NCBI GenBank assembly: GCA_010093815.1
Contig: ML996567.1
Source of the DNA: Pseudovirgaria hyperparasitica
Taxonomy: Eukaryota
Length of the DNA stretch: 64,000 nucleotides
Direction: 5' to 3' (one strand)
Shown: positions 25,900 through 38,547 of the stretch, in pieces
Layout: each line of letters starts with the position of its first letter
Numbering within the stretch: the first letter of the stretch is position 1
The notes under the pieces: model-generated
Database searches by the model: none
Seen by the model: only the letters and a program-made list of their open reading frames with translations
What the model was told of the DNA's origin: nothing
Made by a program: the position numbers and the translations under genes

Positions 25900-27369
25900 T
25901 TAGAGTTTAAAGTCAACATTTGCCCTTTCCCAGCTCTCCTGATCTCTGGGCTTCCTCCCTGCAACCCTATCTGCTAGCGCGCCCTTCTTCTCCCTCGCCC
26001 TCTCTGTGCTTAGTTCGTATAGTGTCGCAAGATTGAAGGTCAGTGTATGAAATGCATGACCCTGGTCCACAAGGTCCTCGAGTACCTCCCGCGCCGCAGA
26101 CATTTGGCCGACATACAAACGGCAAACCGCAAGATTTTGTCCTATCATTGGATCTTTGGAATGTGACTTACGCAGGGCTTGTAGTGTAGACAGCGCTGAA
26201 TCAAAGTCATCGTCGGAGATTTGTAGGAGTGCTGTCAAGTGTGATGGGGGCTGGGAGGCAGGCAGTGTGCGGCGTGCGGCTGCAATATCGCCAACGCGAA
26301 GCCAGAGGAGGGCTTCGTAGGTACGCAATCGGACTGCTTCGGCGTCTTCTGCATCGGTGTAGCCTGGAAGTGAAGCCAGGTGTTCGGCCGCGGCTTCTAG
26401 GTCGCCCATTTCCACGAGGAGATTTGCGGTCAGCACGCCGAGTTCTCTGAGGCGCGCGCTCCATTCTTCAGTCGCTGCGTTGTCATTGTGTGTAGCGGAT
26501 GCGCGTGCGATTTCGGAGCGTGCCTCGCGGGCCAGCTCGTAGTATCCCATGATGCCTTTGCGCCATTCCGAGTATCCGAGGGCAGTGAGTCGGATGCATA
26601 GGACGCGGAGGGACCATGGGACGTAATGAGTGCCCGACACGGGGTGGCGGTAGAAGGATGAGGTGAGGTCACCCAGGGCTTTTGACTCGGTTGCGGCGAG
26701 GTCGTGATGAGAGAGAAGTGTGAGGCAAGCGAGGCGGGTGTGGAAAAGATTCAGGATGGTTGTGACGGAAGTAGGATCGCGAATGGCGCATAGTTCGCGG
26801 GCGCAATGGAGAGCTGCGAGGCGGTATTGGCCTCGGGAGAGGAGGGTTGTGAGGGAATCGTTGATATCGGAGGCATTCAGGGAGTTGAGGAAAGGTTGTG
26901 GGACTGCGGAGGTGGGGAGCGGATGGTATATTGAAGGATCGAGGAGGAAGGAGAGGTCTTTAGAGGGGACATCGTCGAGGGCAGAGGTCGGAGTGGTCGA
27001 GTCTTGTGCTGGTGAAGCTATCTGACTTCGAGATATTGGCTCGGGCTGTGAGAAGCGGGGAGCGGAGGTGTCTATGGTCGAGCCGGCCAGCGGACTAGAT
27101 CAACAGTCAGTCAGTCAGTCATCATAGAGCTGAGTTGACGGGATATCAAATAATGCATACTCGTCTGTGTCTGCATCAAGTGGTCCTAGAGTGGTCCTTC
27201 GCGGCATGGCCACTAGTAGATCAGGTCAATGAACGGCAACTCAAGGTTGTGCAAGGCAGGGCAGTAAGTCTGAAGGAGTAGGTAAAAGACTCCTCCTGAC
27301 AGATTAGAACATACCTCTCCTGCGCTCATCGTGGGAAGGATTGTGTCCATGGCCTCTGTCAGTACTCAT
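25900..27369 (-). CDS. TPR protein, TRAPPC12/TTC15-like trafficking protein particle subunit, 3 exons
   Basis: KDLSFLLDPSIYHPL, HYVPWSLRVL, QNLAVCRLYVG, FNLATLYELSTE, C-terminal DFKL. Two short 5' exons from ATG 27369. Confidence 0.8.
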
Positions 27370-27719
27370 GGCTTGGTGCTGATGCGGAGAAGCAGATGTG
27401 AGGTGTACATAATACGGAGATGAGAGCGCTGGCAAGTCTTGGTATTAGTTGGCGAATCAGACATTGCATCACCTTCCCCAGACTCTGCCTAGTGCTTCGC
27501 CATCTAATACCTATGATGCTGGGCGATGCTGCAGCCGATGTCGCTGAACAGCTTCAAGCGGCGGGGTGTCAGAAGCAAATCTCGGTCTTTGATTGGCCAC
27601 TCAGACACTAGCCTCACGCCGCTTTTGCTAGAGACCGCTCAGACCAATTCTACTTTCTCTTCCACATGTTTTTGTCGGCACGGGGAGGCCAAGTGAGAGG
27701 CAATCCAGATTCTTAACTT

Positions 27720-27726
27720 TGACTCA
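27720..27726 (+). promoter_or_regulatory. Gcn4/CpcA (cross-pathway control) element TGACTCA in the ILV2 promoter
   Basis: Exact consensus ~270 nt upstream of the acetolactate synthase ATG. ILV2 is an established general-control target. Confidence 0.6.
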
Positions 27727-27994
27727 CCTCCAATTCGTCGTGACTACATCTGTCAGCCCCTCTCCACTCTCCTCTCACCCGTATCCTCCTTCAAGCCTTT
27801 GTCGACACTCAAAGACAATTATACGTTTGCATAATTCGACTTGGGTTCCTCTCATTCATCAGCTTCCGAGGTTTTCGTCACTAGTCTAACCCTCGTCTTC
27901 GCTGCAGTCTTTGCAGAACGGACCGCCCAGAGCTTGCGGCAAATCCTACATCGCACCCTACGAGTACGATCAAATCGTAAGCCCTTTCTGCGCC

Positions 27995-30187
27995 ATGTAC
28001 TCCAAAGCAACCTCGAAGGCAATTGTGCCTTCGTTGGCTCGTGCCCGCGCTTTCTCCTCTTCCGCCTCTCGTCCTGCTGTTTCGCCATACTCCAGAAAAA
28101 CACAAACAGCCACATCGACTCTGTCCAATGAGACCACGAAGCGTACTCAGAGTACTCAGGCCCAACCGGCGCCCTCGAGAGCACGACCAAGTCCCGCGTT
28201 CAACCGCGAAGATTCCGGTATCAGAGGTGTGCAACCGCTTAAGCCGTACCGGCAGCCAGAGATGGATCATTCTTTCGTAGGAATGACTGGTGGTGAGATT
28301 GTACATGAGATGATGCGTCGACATGACGTGAAACATGTCTGTGAGTAAATTGACAGGCACCATCTTGGCTACGATTGCTAATCGCATCACTCAGTTGGTT
28401 ACCCTGGAGGAGCCATCCTACCTGTGTTTGATGCTATTTACAATTCAGAACATTTCGATTTCATTCTTCCGAGACACGAACAAGGGGCTGGGCACATGGC
28501 GGAAGGTTATGCACGTGCATCTGGAAAGCCCGGTGTTGTTCTCGTAACATCTGGTCCCGGTGCTACGAATACTGTTACGCCAATGATGGATGCTCTCATG
28601 GACGGAACACCGATGGTCGTTCTTACCGGACAGGTCGTCACCGCGGCCATCGGATCGGATGCTTTCCAGGAAGCTGATATGATTGGTATCTCAAGAGCTT
28701 GTACGAAGTGGAACGTTCTGGTAAAGAACATTGCTGAGCTGCCACGGAGAATCAACGAAGCTTTCGAAATCGCAACCAGTGGTCGGCCCGGGCCCGTTCT
28801 TGTCGACCTTCCGAAGGATGTTACTGGAGGTACCTTGAACAGGCCAATACCCATGACCAGCAGTCTTCCAACGCATCCCAGTGCTGCCACCACAGCTGCC
28901 CGCGAGCTGGGCAAGAACCAGCTTGACGGTGCCATTAGGCGGTCGGCCAATCTTTTGAATATTGCCAAGAAGCCCGTCATCTACGCTGGCCAGGGTATTG
29001 TTCAGGCTGCTGGCGGTCCAGAGCTCTTGAAAGAGCTTTCAGACAAAGCCCAAATACCAGTGACCACCACTCTTCAAGGTCTTGGAGGCTTCAACGAGAA
29101 TGATGAGAAGTCACTGCATATGCTCGGAATGCACGGCTCGGCGTACGCCAACATGGCTATGCAGGAAGCCGATCTGATTATCGCTCTCGGTGCACGTTTT
29201 GACGACCGCATTACGGGAAGCATCGCGAAGTTCGCTCCACAGGCGCGCGCTGCTGCTGCAGAAGGCCGCGGTGGCATCATACACTTTGAGATCATGCCAA
29301 AGAACATAAATAAGGTCGTACAAGCTACCCAAGCTGTCGAGGGAGATGTCGCGACTAACCTTGCTTCAATGCTGCCATACGTCAACGAAGTGAAAGAACG
29401 CCCGGAATGGTTCGGTCAGATCAAAGCCTGGAAAGAACGCTTTCCTTGGGCATACGAGAAGGAGGGTGAGAATGGTCTTATTAAGCCACAAACTGTAATG
29501 GTCAAGCTGTCTGAATTGACAGACCCGATCAAAGACAAAACTCTCATCGCAACTGGTGTTGGACAGCACCAGATGTGGGTGGCACAACACTTCCGATGGA
29601 CACATCCGCGAAGCATGATCACGTCTGGTGGAGCAGGTACTATGGGCTTCGGTCTCCCTGCTGCTATTGGTGCGAAGGTCGCACGTCCGGAGTGCCTGGT
29701 GGTTGACGTCGATGGCGATGCATCATTTAGCATGACACTCACAGAACTGAGCACGGCGGCAGAGTTCAACGTTGGCGTCAAGGTGATCATTCTCAACAAC
29801 GAAGAGCAGGGTATGGTCACTCAATGGCAGTCTCTCTTCTTCAAGGATCGTTTCTCGCATACCCATCAACGGAATGCCGATTTTGTCAAGCTGGGCGAAG
29901 CGATGGGCGTGAAAGCAGACCGATGTATCAAGCCAGCGGATCTAGAGGCGAAACTGAAGTGGCTGCTGTTTGAGAGCGGCGAAGGACCGGCTATCCTCGA
30001 GATTGTAACAGATCAGAAGGTACCCGTGTTGCCAATGGTACCAGCAGGTAGCGGGTTGCACGAATTCTTGGTTTATGATGAAGGTATGGTTCATATCGTT
30101 CATGCCGATCACTAGATCAAATGCTAACAGTTCACAGTGAAAGAGAAGGAACGCCGCAAGCAAACGAGAGAACGCTCCGGTCGCTAA
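27995..30187 (+). CDS. ILV2: Acetolactate synthase catalytic subunit, mitochondrial, 3 exons
   Basis: Mitochondrial presequence, GYPGGAILPVFDAIY, PRHEQGAGHMAEGYARASG, TSGPGATN, TGVGQHQMW, TPP motif DGDASF...LNN. Confidence 0.98.
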
Positions 30188-30626
30188 AATTCCCTAGCCA
30201 TCATCATTTCCTTTGATACCATTGTACATATGTTTTGTTCGCATCATGGCTCAGTTACCTGCATATGAGCCCCTGGCGTTTTCTACTTCCTTGGGGATTT
30301 AAAAGTTTCGTCTTATCGAAAGGAAGGCCCTCCGTGTCTAAATTGGAGAATTGATGAGGTGTGCAGATATATAACAGACCATGGTATACGTCAACAGAGC
30401 AGATACAAATAGCCTGGAAATACCTTCAATATGCTTTGCGATTTAAATACGTGTTGATGGCATGGAGCGGGGTCAGAGCATCGAATTTCCATTTCGGTGC
30501 AATAGGTCCCGAAAGCTCACATGCTTGGTTGGATATAAACAACTGAGGTCCACACGTCAGTTGAACACGCTCATCATCGCTCTTCCAACACCTGAAGCCA
30601 CTACACAAACGCCAAAGTCAAGCATC

Positions 30627-30980
30627 ATGACGACTCCGCAGACCAAACGCATCGGACAATACGTACACCTCAAGCCCGACTCGCTGAAAGCCTACAAGGC
30701 CTGTCACGCCGCGGTCTGGCCCGCCGTCCTTGCGCAGATCCACGCCTGCAACATCCACGACTACTCCATATACTACGACTCCAAGACGAACATCTTGTTC
30801 GCGGCTTTCAAGTGGACAGGCACGGACTGGGACGCAGACATGAAGGCCATGGCGGAGAACAAAACGGTACAGGAGTGGTGGGAGATGACGGATGCGATGC
30901 AGGTTAGCCCGACAGGAGCGCGGAGTAGCGTGGAGGGGGGATGGTGGAGAGAGTTGGAGGAGGTGTTCTATTTTGCTTGA
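30627..30980 (+). CDS. L-rhamnose mutarotase-like protein (DUF718 family)
   Basis: RIGQYVHLKP..YKACHAAVWPAVL..IHDYSIY..WWEMTDAMQ..WWRELEEVFY. Confidence 0.9.
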   Translation: MTTPQTKRIGQYVHLKPDSLKAYKACHAAVWPAVLAQIHACNIHDYSIYYDSKTNILFAAFKWTGTDWDADMKAMAENKTVQEWWEMTDAMQVSPTGARSSVEGGWWRELEEVFYFA

Positions 30981-32080
30981 AAGGCTGGAGGGATGGAAGG
31001 ACCTCGGGGAGGTCAGGATGGGTGACGCAATAGGCTGTGGGTATCCATGCCTGGTATATATATATATTTATGGAGTGCCGGGATGTGGTATTGAGTGTGT
31101 GTCACCAGAACCAGGTGGCAAGTTGCAATCCTTGCTTATCGTCACAGTACTGTACGTATATGAGACAATTTCCGTCAGAGTCTCATGGACAGAGGAAGAG
31201 AATAAGCGGTGCTCATTGATTGCGGCAGTGAGCATCAAACTCTTCATTGGGTCTCTACAAAGTGAGCACCACTATGTAGACGCTGGCTATTCTTGGACGA
31301 CACTGCTGTCGGGTGCGGCCTATTAGACTATACATCCCGTCATATGCCAAGGTTGGTAACTAAGGTACTAGGTACTATGTAATTAAGCCAGGCGGCTCCA
31401 GGCACCCCCGGCCAGGCAAATTGCAGCGAGCAGCAGCCGAGCACGAGCAGTCGGTAGTAGCTGTGTAGGCACGCACTAGGCAGTATTACACAGTATGTAG
31501 ACCAAGTGTGCTGGTACCCGCTGTCTTTTGCCCGCTGGCGCCTGTTGAGCCGACACACCAGGGGTCTTTTTCAAACGGCGCCGCCGATCCAATTGGCGAC
31601 ACGCGGTCCCCTGCACGCGCCAAACCACCATGAAAACACAAAGTCGTTCGATTACTGGCTGGAAATCCTGTTGAAGGTTTTTTTTTGGTCGTCATGCCAG
31701 CTACAACAGTATTAGCTATGCACTCTGCTGGCTCTTGCTGGTCCTTTGCCGATCACCCCGATAAGATTCTGGAACATCGAAGACTCATCCATCATAACAT
31801 GCCTCTCATTCATTCATTGCGAGCTTCTCTTGTCTTCTGCCATTCACGAAACACGCCCTGACTTCTTCTCTTTCTTCGCTTTTCCACCACTCCTCTCTAT
31901 TCACACATTCTCGATTTGTTTCATTGTGTTTTTTGTTCACTCGGCTTGGTTCCCTCATCCCTACGACTTGCTCTCCCTGCAATCGTACCATGTTCTACTA
32001 GTTTCTTTGCTCCATTCTGAGACAGCACCACATTCTCCGACGGCATCACAACGAACGCCCACTCGCATACGTCCGCTGCA

Positions 32081-35000
32081 ATGTCCCGAGTTCGAGCTGT
32101 GCTTGAAGCGCGTGAGACGTCTACAACAGATGAGTTCCTGTCTCTCATCGCAAATCCCTTTAATAGTGAGGTCGGCTACACCTGCTCTGCCAACTAAGAC
32201 GGTCACTAACGTGCTTGCCATAACAGCTTCAACAAGATGCTCTCCTCGTATCTCTTGCCACCTCTTTGGGTGTTACCGTCGCCATCGCACTCCTCTTCTG
32301 CTTCATACGACCCTACAACACCGTTGTGTATGCTCCAAAGCTCAAGCATGCGGATGCAAAACATGCACCCCCCGTACTGGGAAAAGGACCCTTCGCCTGG
32401 ATCAAACCAGTCTGGAAAACAACAGAGGAGGAGCTAATAGAGAAGATTGGCTTTGATGCTACGCTATTTCTACGGTTTACAAGAATGTGTCGGAACATGT
32501 TCATCGTTCTGACGATTATTGGCTGTGCCATAATCATTCCAGTCAACGTCGTGGGTGGGAAGCAGACTGCAGATGCGTTCAGCTCGCAGATCTCGACAAT
32601 ATATCGCCTGACGCCACAGTACATGTTTGGGGCTCCGTTCTGGGGCTTTGTGGCTATTGGATATTGCCTGACTGCAATAGTCTGCCCATTCTTATGGTGG
32701 AACTATCGTGCTGTTGCGCGCCTGCGACGAAAGTATTTTGACAGTCCAGAGTACCAGAACAGTTTGCACTCTAGGACGATTCTTGTCACCGATATTCCCC
32801 AGAGCCTGCGCAATGACGATGGTGTAATCAGTCTTGTTGATTCGGTCAAAGCCACGTCGAGCTTACCCCGGACTACCATTGCAAGAAACGTAAAGGAAAT
32901 CCCAGAGAAGTTGGAGGAGCACGAGAAAGCTGTCCGGCAATTGGAGAAAGTTTTGGCAAAGTATCTCGTGGATCCCGACCGCCTCCCGGCCACCCGACCA
33001 CTATGCAAACCCTCTAAGAAGGACAAATCACATCCTCCTAATCAGAAAGTCGACGCAATAGAATACCTCACAAATCGTATCGAAAGTCTGGAAGGCGAGA
33101 TCCGGATGCAAAGAGAGTCCGTCGATAACCGTAATCCAATGTCGTACGGATTCGCGAGCTACAAAACCATTGACGAAGCCCATGTCCTTGCTCATGCCGC
33201 AAAAGGAAAGAAGCCAAAGGGAGCAAGACTGCGACTGTCACCTAAACCATCAGATCTCCTATGGAAAAACTTGGGCATGGGCCCTTCTCTTCGACGTTAT
33301 CGCAGAATCATCAACAATCTATGGGTCGCACTTCTCACTATTGCCTGGATAGTCCCTAATGCTCTGATCGCCGTGTTCTTGACTGATCTAAGCAAGCTTG
33401 GCCGAGTCTGGCCAGCGTTCCAAACAGAGCTCGAAGCTCATCAGAACGGATGGGCCGCCGTACAGGGTGTGGCAGCTCCTGCGCTGACCTCCCTATTCTA
33501 TTTTTTTCTTCCAACAATCTTCAGGAGACTGTCAGCTCGCGCTGGTGATGTCTCGAAAACCTCTCGTGAGCGTCATGTCATTCACAAGTTGTACGCCTTC
33601 TTCGTCTTCAACAACCTCATCGTCTTCTCATTTTTCTCGTCTGTCTGGGGCCTCGTCACTTTTCTCATCAACAAGAGGAAGAAGGAGCACATGTCTTGGA
33701 GTCAAGCTCTTGATGAGGCTGAGCCCTTGAGGAAGATTATGGACACATTCTCCACCGTCAGTCCATTTTGGGTGAACTGGCTGCTGCAGCGCAACCTTGG
33801 AGCCGCTATCGATTTGTCACAGATCGTCAACCTGGCTTGGGGATCACTCCTACGGAAATTTACACACCCCACGCCACGAGAACTCATTGAATCAACTGCT
33901 CCTCCTCCATTCGACTACGCTTCGTACTACAACTATTTCCTCTTTTACACGACAGTCGCTCTGTGTTTCGCGGCATTTCAGCCAATTGTTCTACCAGTCA
34001 CCTGTCTCTATTTCACTATTGACTTTGTGCTGAAGAAATACCTCTTGATGTACGTTTTCGTCACTAAAACCGAATCCGGGGGACAATACTGGCGCATCCT
34101 GTTCAATCGCTTCATATTTGCGCTCCTCCTCGCCAATGTTTTTATTGCCCTCATGGTTGCGGCTAAGGCAGGCGAAACCCTGGTCTGGCAAATGTTGCCC
34201 GCTATGGCACCACTCCCATTCCTGATCATCGGCTTCAAGTTCTATTGTCACTGGGCCTTTGACGATCAAATCTATTGGTACAGCAAAGGCAATAAGAAAG
34301 ACAAAGAATCCGCCGGGCTACCGGACAAGCCGTCCCGCGATCGAGACCGTGTCGCTGTCCGCTTCGGTCACCCAGCGCTATATCGCAAACTCATGAAGCC
34401 GATGGTCCATGAAAAAGCCCGACACATGCTCACACAAATCTATGGTGGCCGCTTGAACTCCGACATCAATGACACAAATATCGGCGGCTATTCGGACAGC
34501 ATGACCATGAACCGCATGTCTGCCGGCCGACCAGGAAAATTGTCTGATCATCATCCCTTTGAGCTTGTCAAAGAGTCTCAGTTGGACTTCGAGCATTTCA
34601 AAGACCGCGCCGAGTTCGCACAAGAACACGGCGGTGAGGGTGAAATGTATGGTCGACCAACTGATATGATCCGGCCTGACACGCCTGGTCGTTTATATTC
34701 TGGTGATTCATCCGCGACACATTCGCGGAACGTTTCGGTCAACTCGCATATGTCTGATAAAACTCATACCCCTGAGCGGGTGTTGACACCGGGCGAGGAG
34801 CAAGGTACGACGTATCCCGCAGGATATCACGTCACGCCCGCACTGAGAGGGGCGAGTCCCGGACCTGGAAAGAGAGGTGCGTGGGAACAAGTCGGATTGC
34901 ACGCGGGACGAAGCACGACGACGTTGAATAGTCAGTACAGTGAGAGCTATGAGGCTCTGAGAGGGGCGGCGCCGATGGGTACGGCGGAGCCACACACTGC

Positions 35001-35085
35001 GGGATCCGGTCAAGGCAGATCGTCACCATACCAGACTCTAGATCATGAAGGCGGATATGACTATTTCAGAGGGAGACATCGATAG
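32081..35085 (+). CDS. OSCA/TMEM63 (RSN1/PHM7/DUF221) calcium-permeable stress-gated channel, 2 exons
   Basis: VYAPKL, GFDATLFLRF, SRTILVTDIP, VDAIEYL, P.PSDLLWKNL, KYLLMYVFVTKTESGG and many TM segments. First exon 32081-32170. Confidence 0.93.
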
Positions 35086-35646
35086 ACATGTAAGTACAAG
35101 ACGGAAAAACGAGGTAAAAGCTGCATTGCGAAGGCGTATTGGGTTTACATGCTACAAGCACTACGGTGAAGAGCACAATCTCCACAACTTTGGATATGAT
35201 ATCAAAAGAATATTCACAAAGCCATAAATACTCGCGAGATTGTATGCAGCTAAACATCAGGTGCACTTACTATGATCACTCGGCTCTTATGTTCCAGATG
35301 AGCCTACGGAGCATTGATCTGGGGACACTTTGCTGCCTGAAATATGCCTGATATGTCCCCAGACTAATGGTCCTCCTCTAGCTCATTATCTTAGCCTGGA
35401 CCCTGGCCGCTGTTACTAATTTAGTCAGCGCGTGGGCACAGAGTTAGAGATGACGCCACGCGTAGATGCTTCCCGAAACCATGTGCGTGAACTGCAATTG
35501 TCAGCGCTTGAGATTAAGATAGGTACTTGTGCTGCGCAACTCTTCAGACCTACCATGATATCCGACACTACGTATGAGACCTCCACCGTAACACCTTACA
35601 AGTCTCCGTCTGCGAGTTTCTCGCCCACAAGTGCGCCACATAGAAC

Positions 35647-37998
35647 ATGACCTCAAGCCCAGGTGTATCCCTGAAGTGGTCCACGAAGTACGTTGTCGAT
35701 TCCAGCACCTCCCGAACTGCGAAGCTACCCGGCGATAAGATTCTCCTTCCTCCATCTGCGCTCGAACAGCTGATCGCAGCAGCTCCTGTTGTATCTTCTG
35801 ACGCCGAGATCCGTACGAACACGACCAACTTCGACCCTTCGAATCCCTACGTGTTTGCGGCCGAAAGATATGCGCGAGCGCCTTACCAAGACCGACAACC
35901 ACAACTACCACATCCGCTCACTTTCAGGCTTGTCAATCCCGATAGTGGGCGTATAATCTATGCGGGCATACGGGAGTTCTCGGCGGAGGAGGAGACAGTA
36001 GTGTTGAGCAAATATCTTCGCGACCGGTTGGGATACTCGGATCCTGCGCACAATGAGGATTCACAGATGACAAATGGGTTCAGTGAGGATGGGGATCATA
36101 CGGCCCACACTGAAACATTAACAGTTTCTGTACAGCAACTTCCGAAAGGAACTTATGTGAAGCTACGACCCCTTGAGGCAGGATACGATGTCGAGGACTG
36201 GAAGGCGCTGCTAGAGCAACATCTCCGATCTAATTTCACTACTTTGACGAACGGTGACGAGTTGGTGGTACCGGTGCCGAATAGCAGGGGTAAGAGTGAA
36301 GAGTTTAGGTTTCTTGTGGATGGGTTTAAGCCGGAGAGCGATGCAATCTGCATAGTTGATACGGACCTGGAGGTGGATATTGAGGCACTGGACGAAGAGC
36401 AGGCTAGAGAGACGTTGAGAAGAATTGCCGCGAAGTTACACAAGGCACCGGGGAGTGCGGATGGTAGTTCGCCTGGTGGAGAATTACCGTTCATGCAGAC
36501 GGTCAGTGGGCAAGTCTTGGAAGGAGAGTACGTTGATTATGATCTGAATTCGTGGGATCGCTCCCAGGGCTTGGAGATCCAGCTCATACCCAATAACGAC
36601 GACGACGAACTTGATCTTTTCGTCAGCCCGTTTTCGACCAGGCAACGAGCCAGACCGAGAGAAGACGAGCATGTTTTTGCAGAGGTTTCCTCAACTTATC
36701 CAAAGATCGTCAGCATTCAACCGACGAATGTGGAGCTGGAAAATGCTGAGTCTCTACGCATCAGCGTATTAGCCTACTCGGCTGGAACGCCAGGTTCTAT
36801 AAATGAGTCGCTCTCGCCAAAAGCATTCACCCTACGAGCCTCTCCTATTGCTAGCGTCCACGATAGCAATAAGACAAATAGCGCACAAGAAGAATCACAA
36901 CACGACCCCAATGATGTTAAATGCGACAACTGCAATCGCTATGTCCCCAAGACTTCTCTCTTCCTCCACCAGAACTTCTGTCTCCGCAACAACATCCTCT
37001 GCCCGCGCGGCTGCGCTCAAGTCTTCCAAAAGCGCTCCCCCGAATACGCCGCTCACTGGCACTGCCCGCACGACTCCAGCTTCGGCAATACCCCCCTAAG
37101 CAAATCAAAGCACGACGCCCTCTACCACACCCCAACAACCTGCCCCTCCTGCTCCCTCCCCTTCACCACCCTCCCCGAACTCGCACACCACCGCGTCACA
37201 GAGTGCCCGGGCAAGCTCATCCTCTGCCAATTCTGCCACCTCGAAGTCCCACAAGAAGGCGACCCCACCCAGCCCCCAGACGCTGAAGTCCTCATCTCCG
37301 GCCTCACCCCGCACGAAGTCGCCGACGGCGCCCGCACAACGGAATGCCATCTCTGCAACAAGATTGTGCGCCTGCGCGACATGGCCACTCACATGCGCCA
37401 CCACGACTTCGAGCGTTCGGCCCGGCCCGTGCCGCGGCTCTGCCGCAATCTGCTCTGCGGCCGCACGCTGGACGGGGTCAACAAAGCCGGCGACACGCGT
37501 GCCGGCACGCGCCAGGGCCAAGGCCCGGGTAATGATATGGGCCTATGCAGTATTTGCTATAGCCCGCTGTACGCGGGACTGCATGATCCCGAGGGCAAGG
37601 CGCTCAGACGACGGGTCGAGAGGCGCTATCTCGGCCAGCTCATGACCGGGTGTGGGAAGGCCTGGTGCGCGAACCAGATGTGTCGGACGGGCAGGAAGAC
37701 GGCGACTGGGGTGGATAAGGCGGTCAGTATGAAGGACGGCGTCCCGCTCGTGAGGCCGTATCTGGAGGGCCTCCTGGTAGGCGCGGGGGAGTGGAGCACG
37801 CCGCTGCATTTCTGCGTTGATGAGGGCAGTCAGAAGAGGAGGGTGATGGCGGAGATGATTGCGGCTGAGCCGGGTGTGGATGCGAAGGCGGGCTATGCGG
37901 AGGAGTGGTGTGTTGCTGCGCTTGAGGCGGAGATGGGCAGTATAGATGGCGCGAGGACGTGGTTGAAGAATTGGGCGCCGAGGAGGGGCGAGCGGTGA
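35647..37998 (+). CDS. UFD1-domain protein with TRAF/C2H2-like zinc fingers and AZUL (E3A N-terminal Zn-binding)-like domain
   Basis: GDKILLPPSALEQL, GIREFSAEE, LPKGTYVKLRP, ALLEQHLRSNFTTLT, IVDTDLEVDI, many CxxC/H motifs, YLGQLMTGCGKAWCANQMC. Confidence 0.9.
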   Translation: MTSSPGVSLKWSTKYVVDSSTSRTAKLPGDKILLPPSALEQLIAAAPVVSSDAEIRTNTTNFDPSNPYVFAAERYARAPYQDRQPQLPHPLTFRLVNPDSGRIIYAGIREFSAEEETVVLSKYLRDRLGYSDPAHNEDSQMTNGFSEDGDHTAHTETLTVSVQQLPKGTYVKLRPLEAGYDVEDWKALLEQHLRSNFTTLTNGDELVVPVPNSRGKSEEFRFLVDGFKPESDAICIVDTDLEVDIEALDEEQARETLRRIAAKLHKAPGSADGSSPGGELPFMQTVSGQVLEGEYVDYDLNSWDRSQGLEIQLIPNNDDDELDLFVSPFSTRQRARPREDEHVFAEVSSTYPKIVSIQPTNVELENAESLRISVLAYSAGTPGSINESLSPKAFTLRASPIASVHDSNKTNSAQEESQHDPNDVKCDNCNRYVPKTSLFLHQNFCLRNNILCPRGCAQVFQKRSPEYAAHWHCPHDSSFGNTPLSKSKHDALYHTPTTCPSCSLPFTTLPELAHHRVTECPGKLILCQFCHLEVPQEGDPTQPPDAEVLISGLTPHEVADGARTTECHLCNKIVRLRDMATHMRHHDFERSARPVPRLCRNLLCGRTLDGVNKAGDTRAGTRQGQGPGNDMGLCSICYSPLYAGLHDPEGKALRRRVERRYLGQLMTGCGKAWCANQMCRTGRKTATGVDKAVSMKDGVPLVRPYLEGLLVGAGEWSTPLHFCVDEGSQKRRVMAEMIAAEPGVDAKAGYAEEWCVAALEAEMGSIDGARTWLKNWAPRRGER

Positions 37999-38547
37999 TT
38001 TATTCTCGGGTGTGAGGGCGGTGGAGGGGAGGGGACGGCGTTGTTGACGGAGCTGGTGTGGTGGTGCATATATGGCTCGAACGACTCGATCTTGTTCTAT
38101 ACATCCTATTTGAGGAGCATATACATAAGGCAGGATTACTATAAATTACGAGCATTCAGAGAAGCATACCCTCTATCTCCTAGTTTATCACGTAGCACTT
38201 TCCATCCATACACGCCGTAGCTCGATTAGGATATCTAGTACGCAATGATATGGACACTACTTATCCATTGATGCTTTTTGAGGTCTAGGCCAGCTTTTTT
38301 CTGGCTCATGCTACATGTTCTGGAGGCTACCTAGTGACGAGTAAATGCATTCATCTTGACGGTCTTCTACATTGGCTACAGGAAACGCCTTATGCAAAGT
38401 AAGTAATTCAAAATGGGATGGTGTATTACTACTATGTCATACCGTGTAATATCAACATACGGCCTAAAGCAAACTTTCAAATTATAATAATAGGAAGGTC
38501 TTATGAGAGTATAAAGAGAAATAGGACAGTGTCAAGTGAGACCACTT

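Noticed and set aside
27841..27994. In-frame TTG-started upstream extension of ILV2
   Set aside because: The ATG at 27995 begins a typical mitochondrial presequence; there is no evidence for non-AUG initiation.
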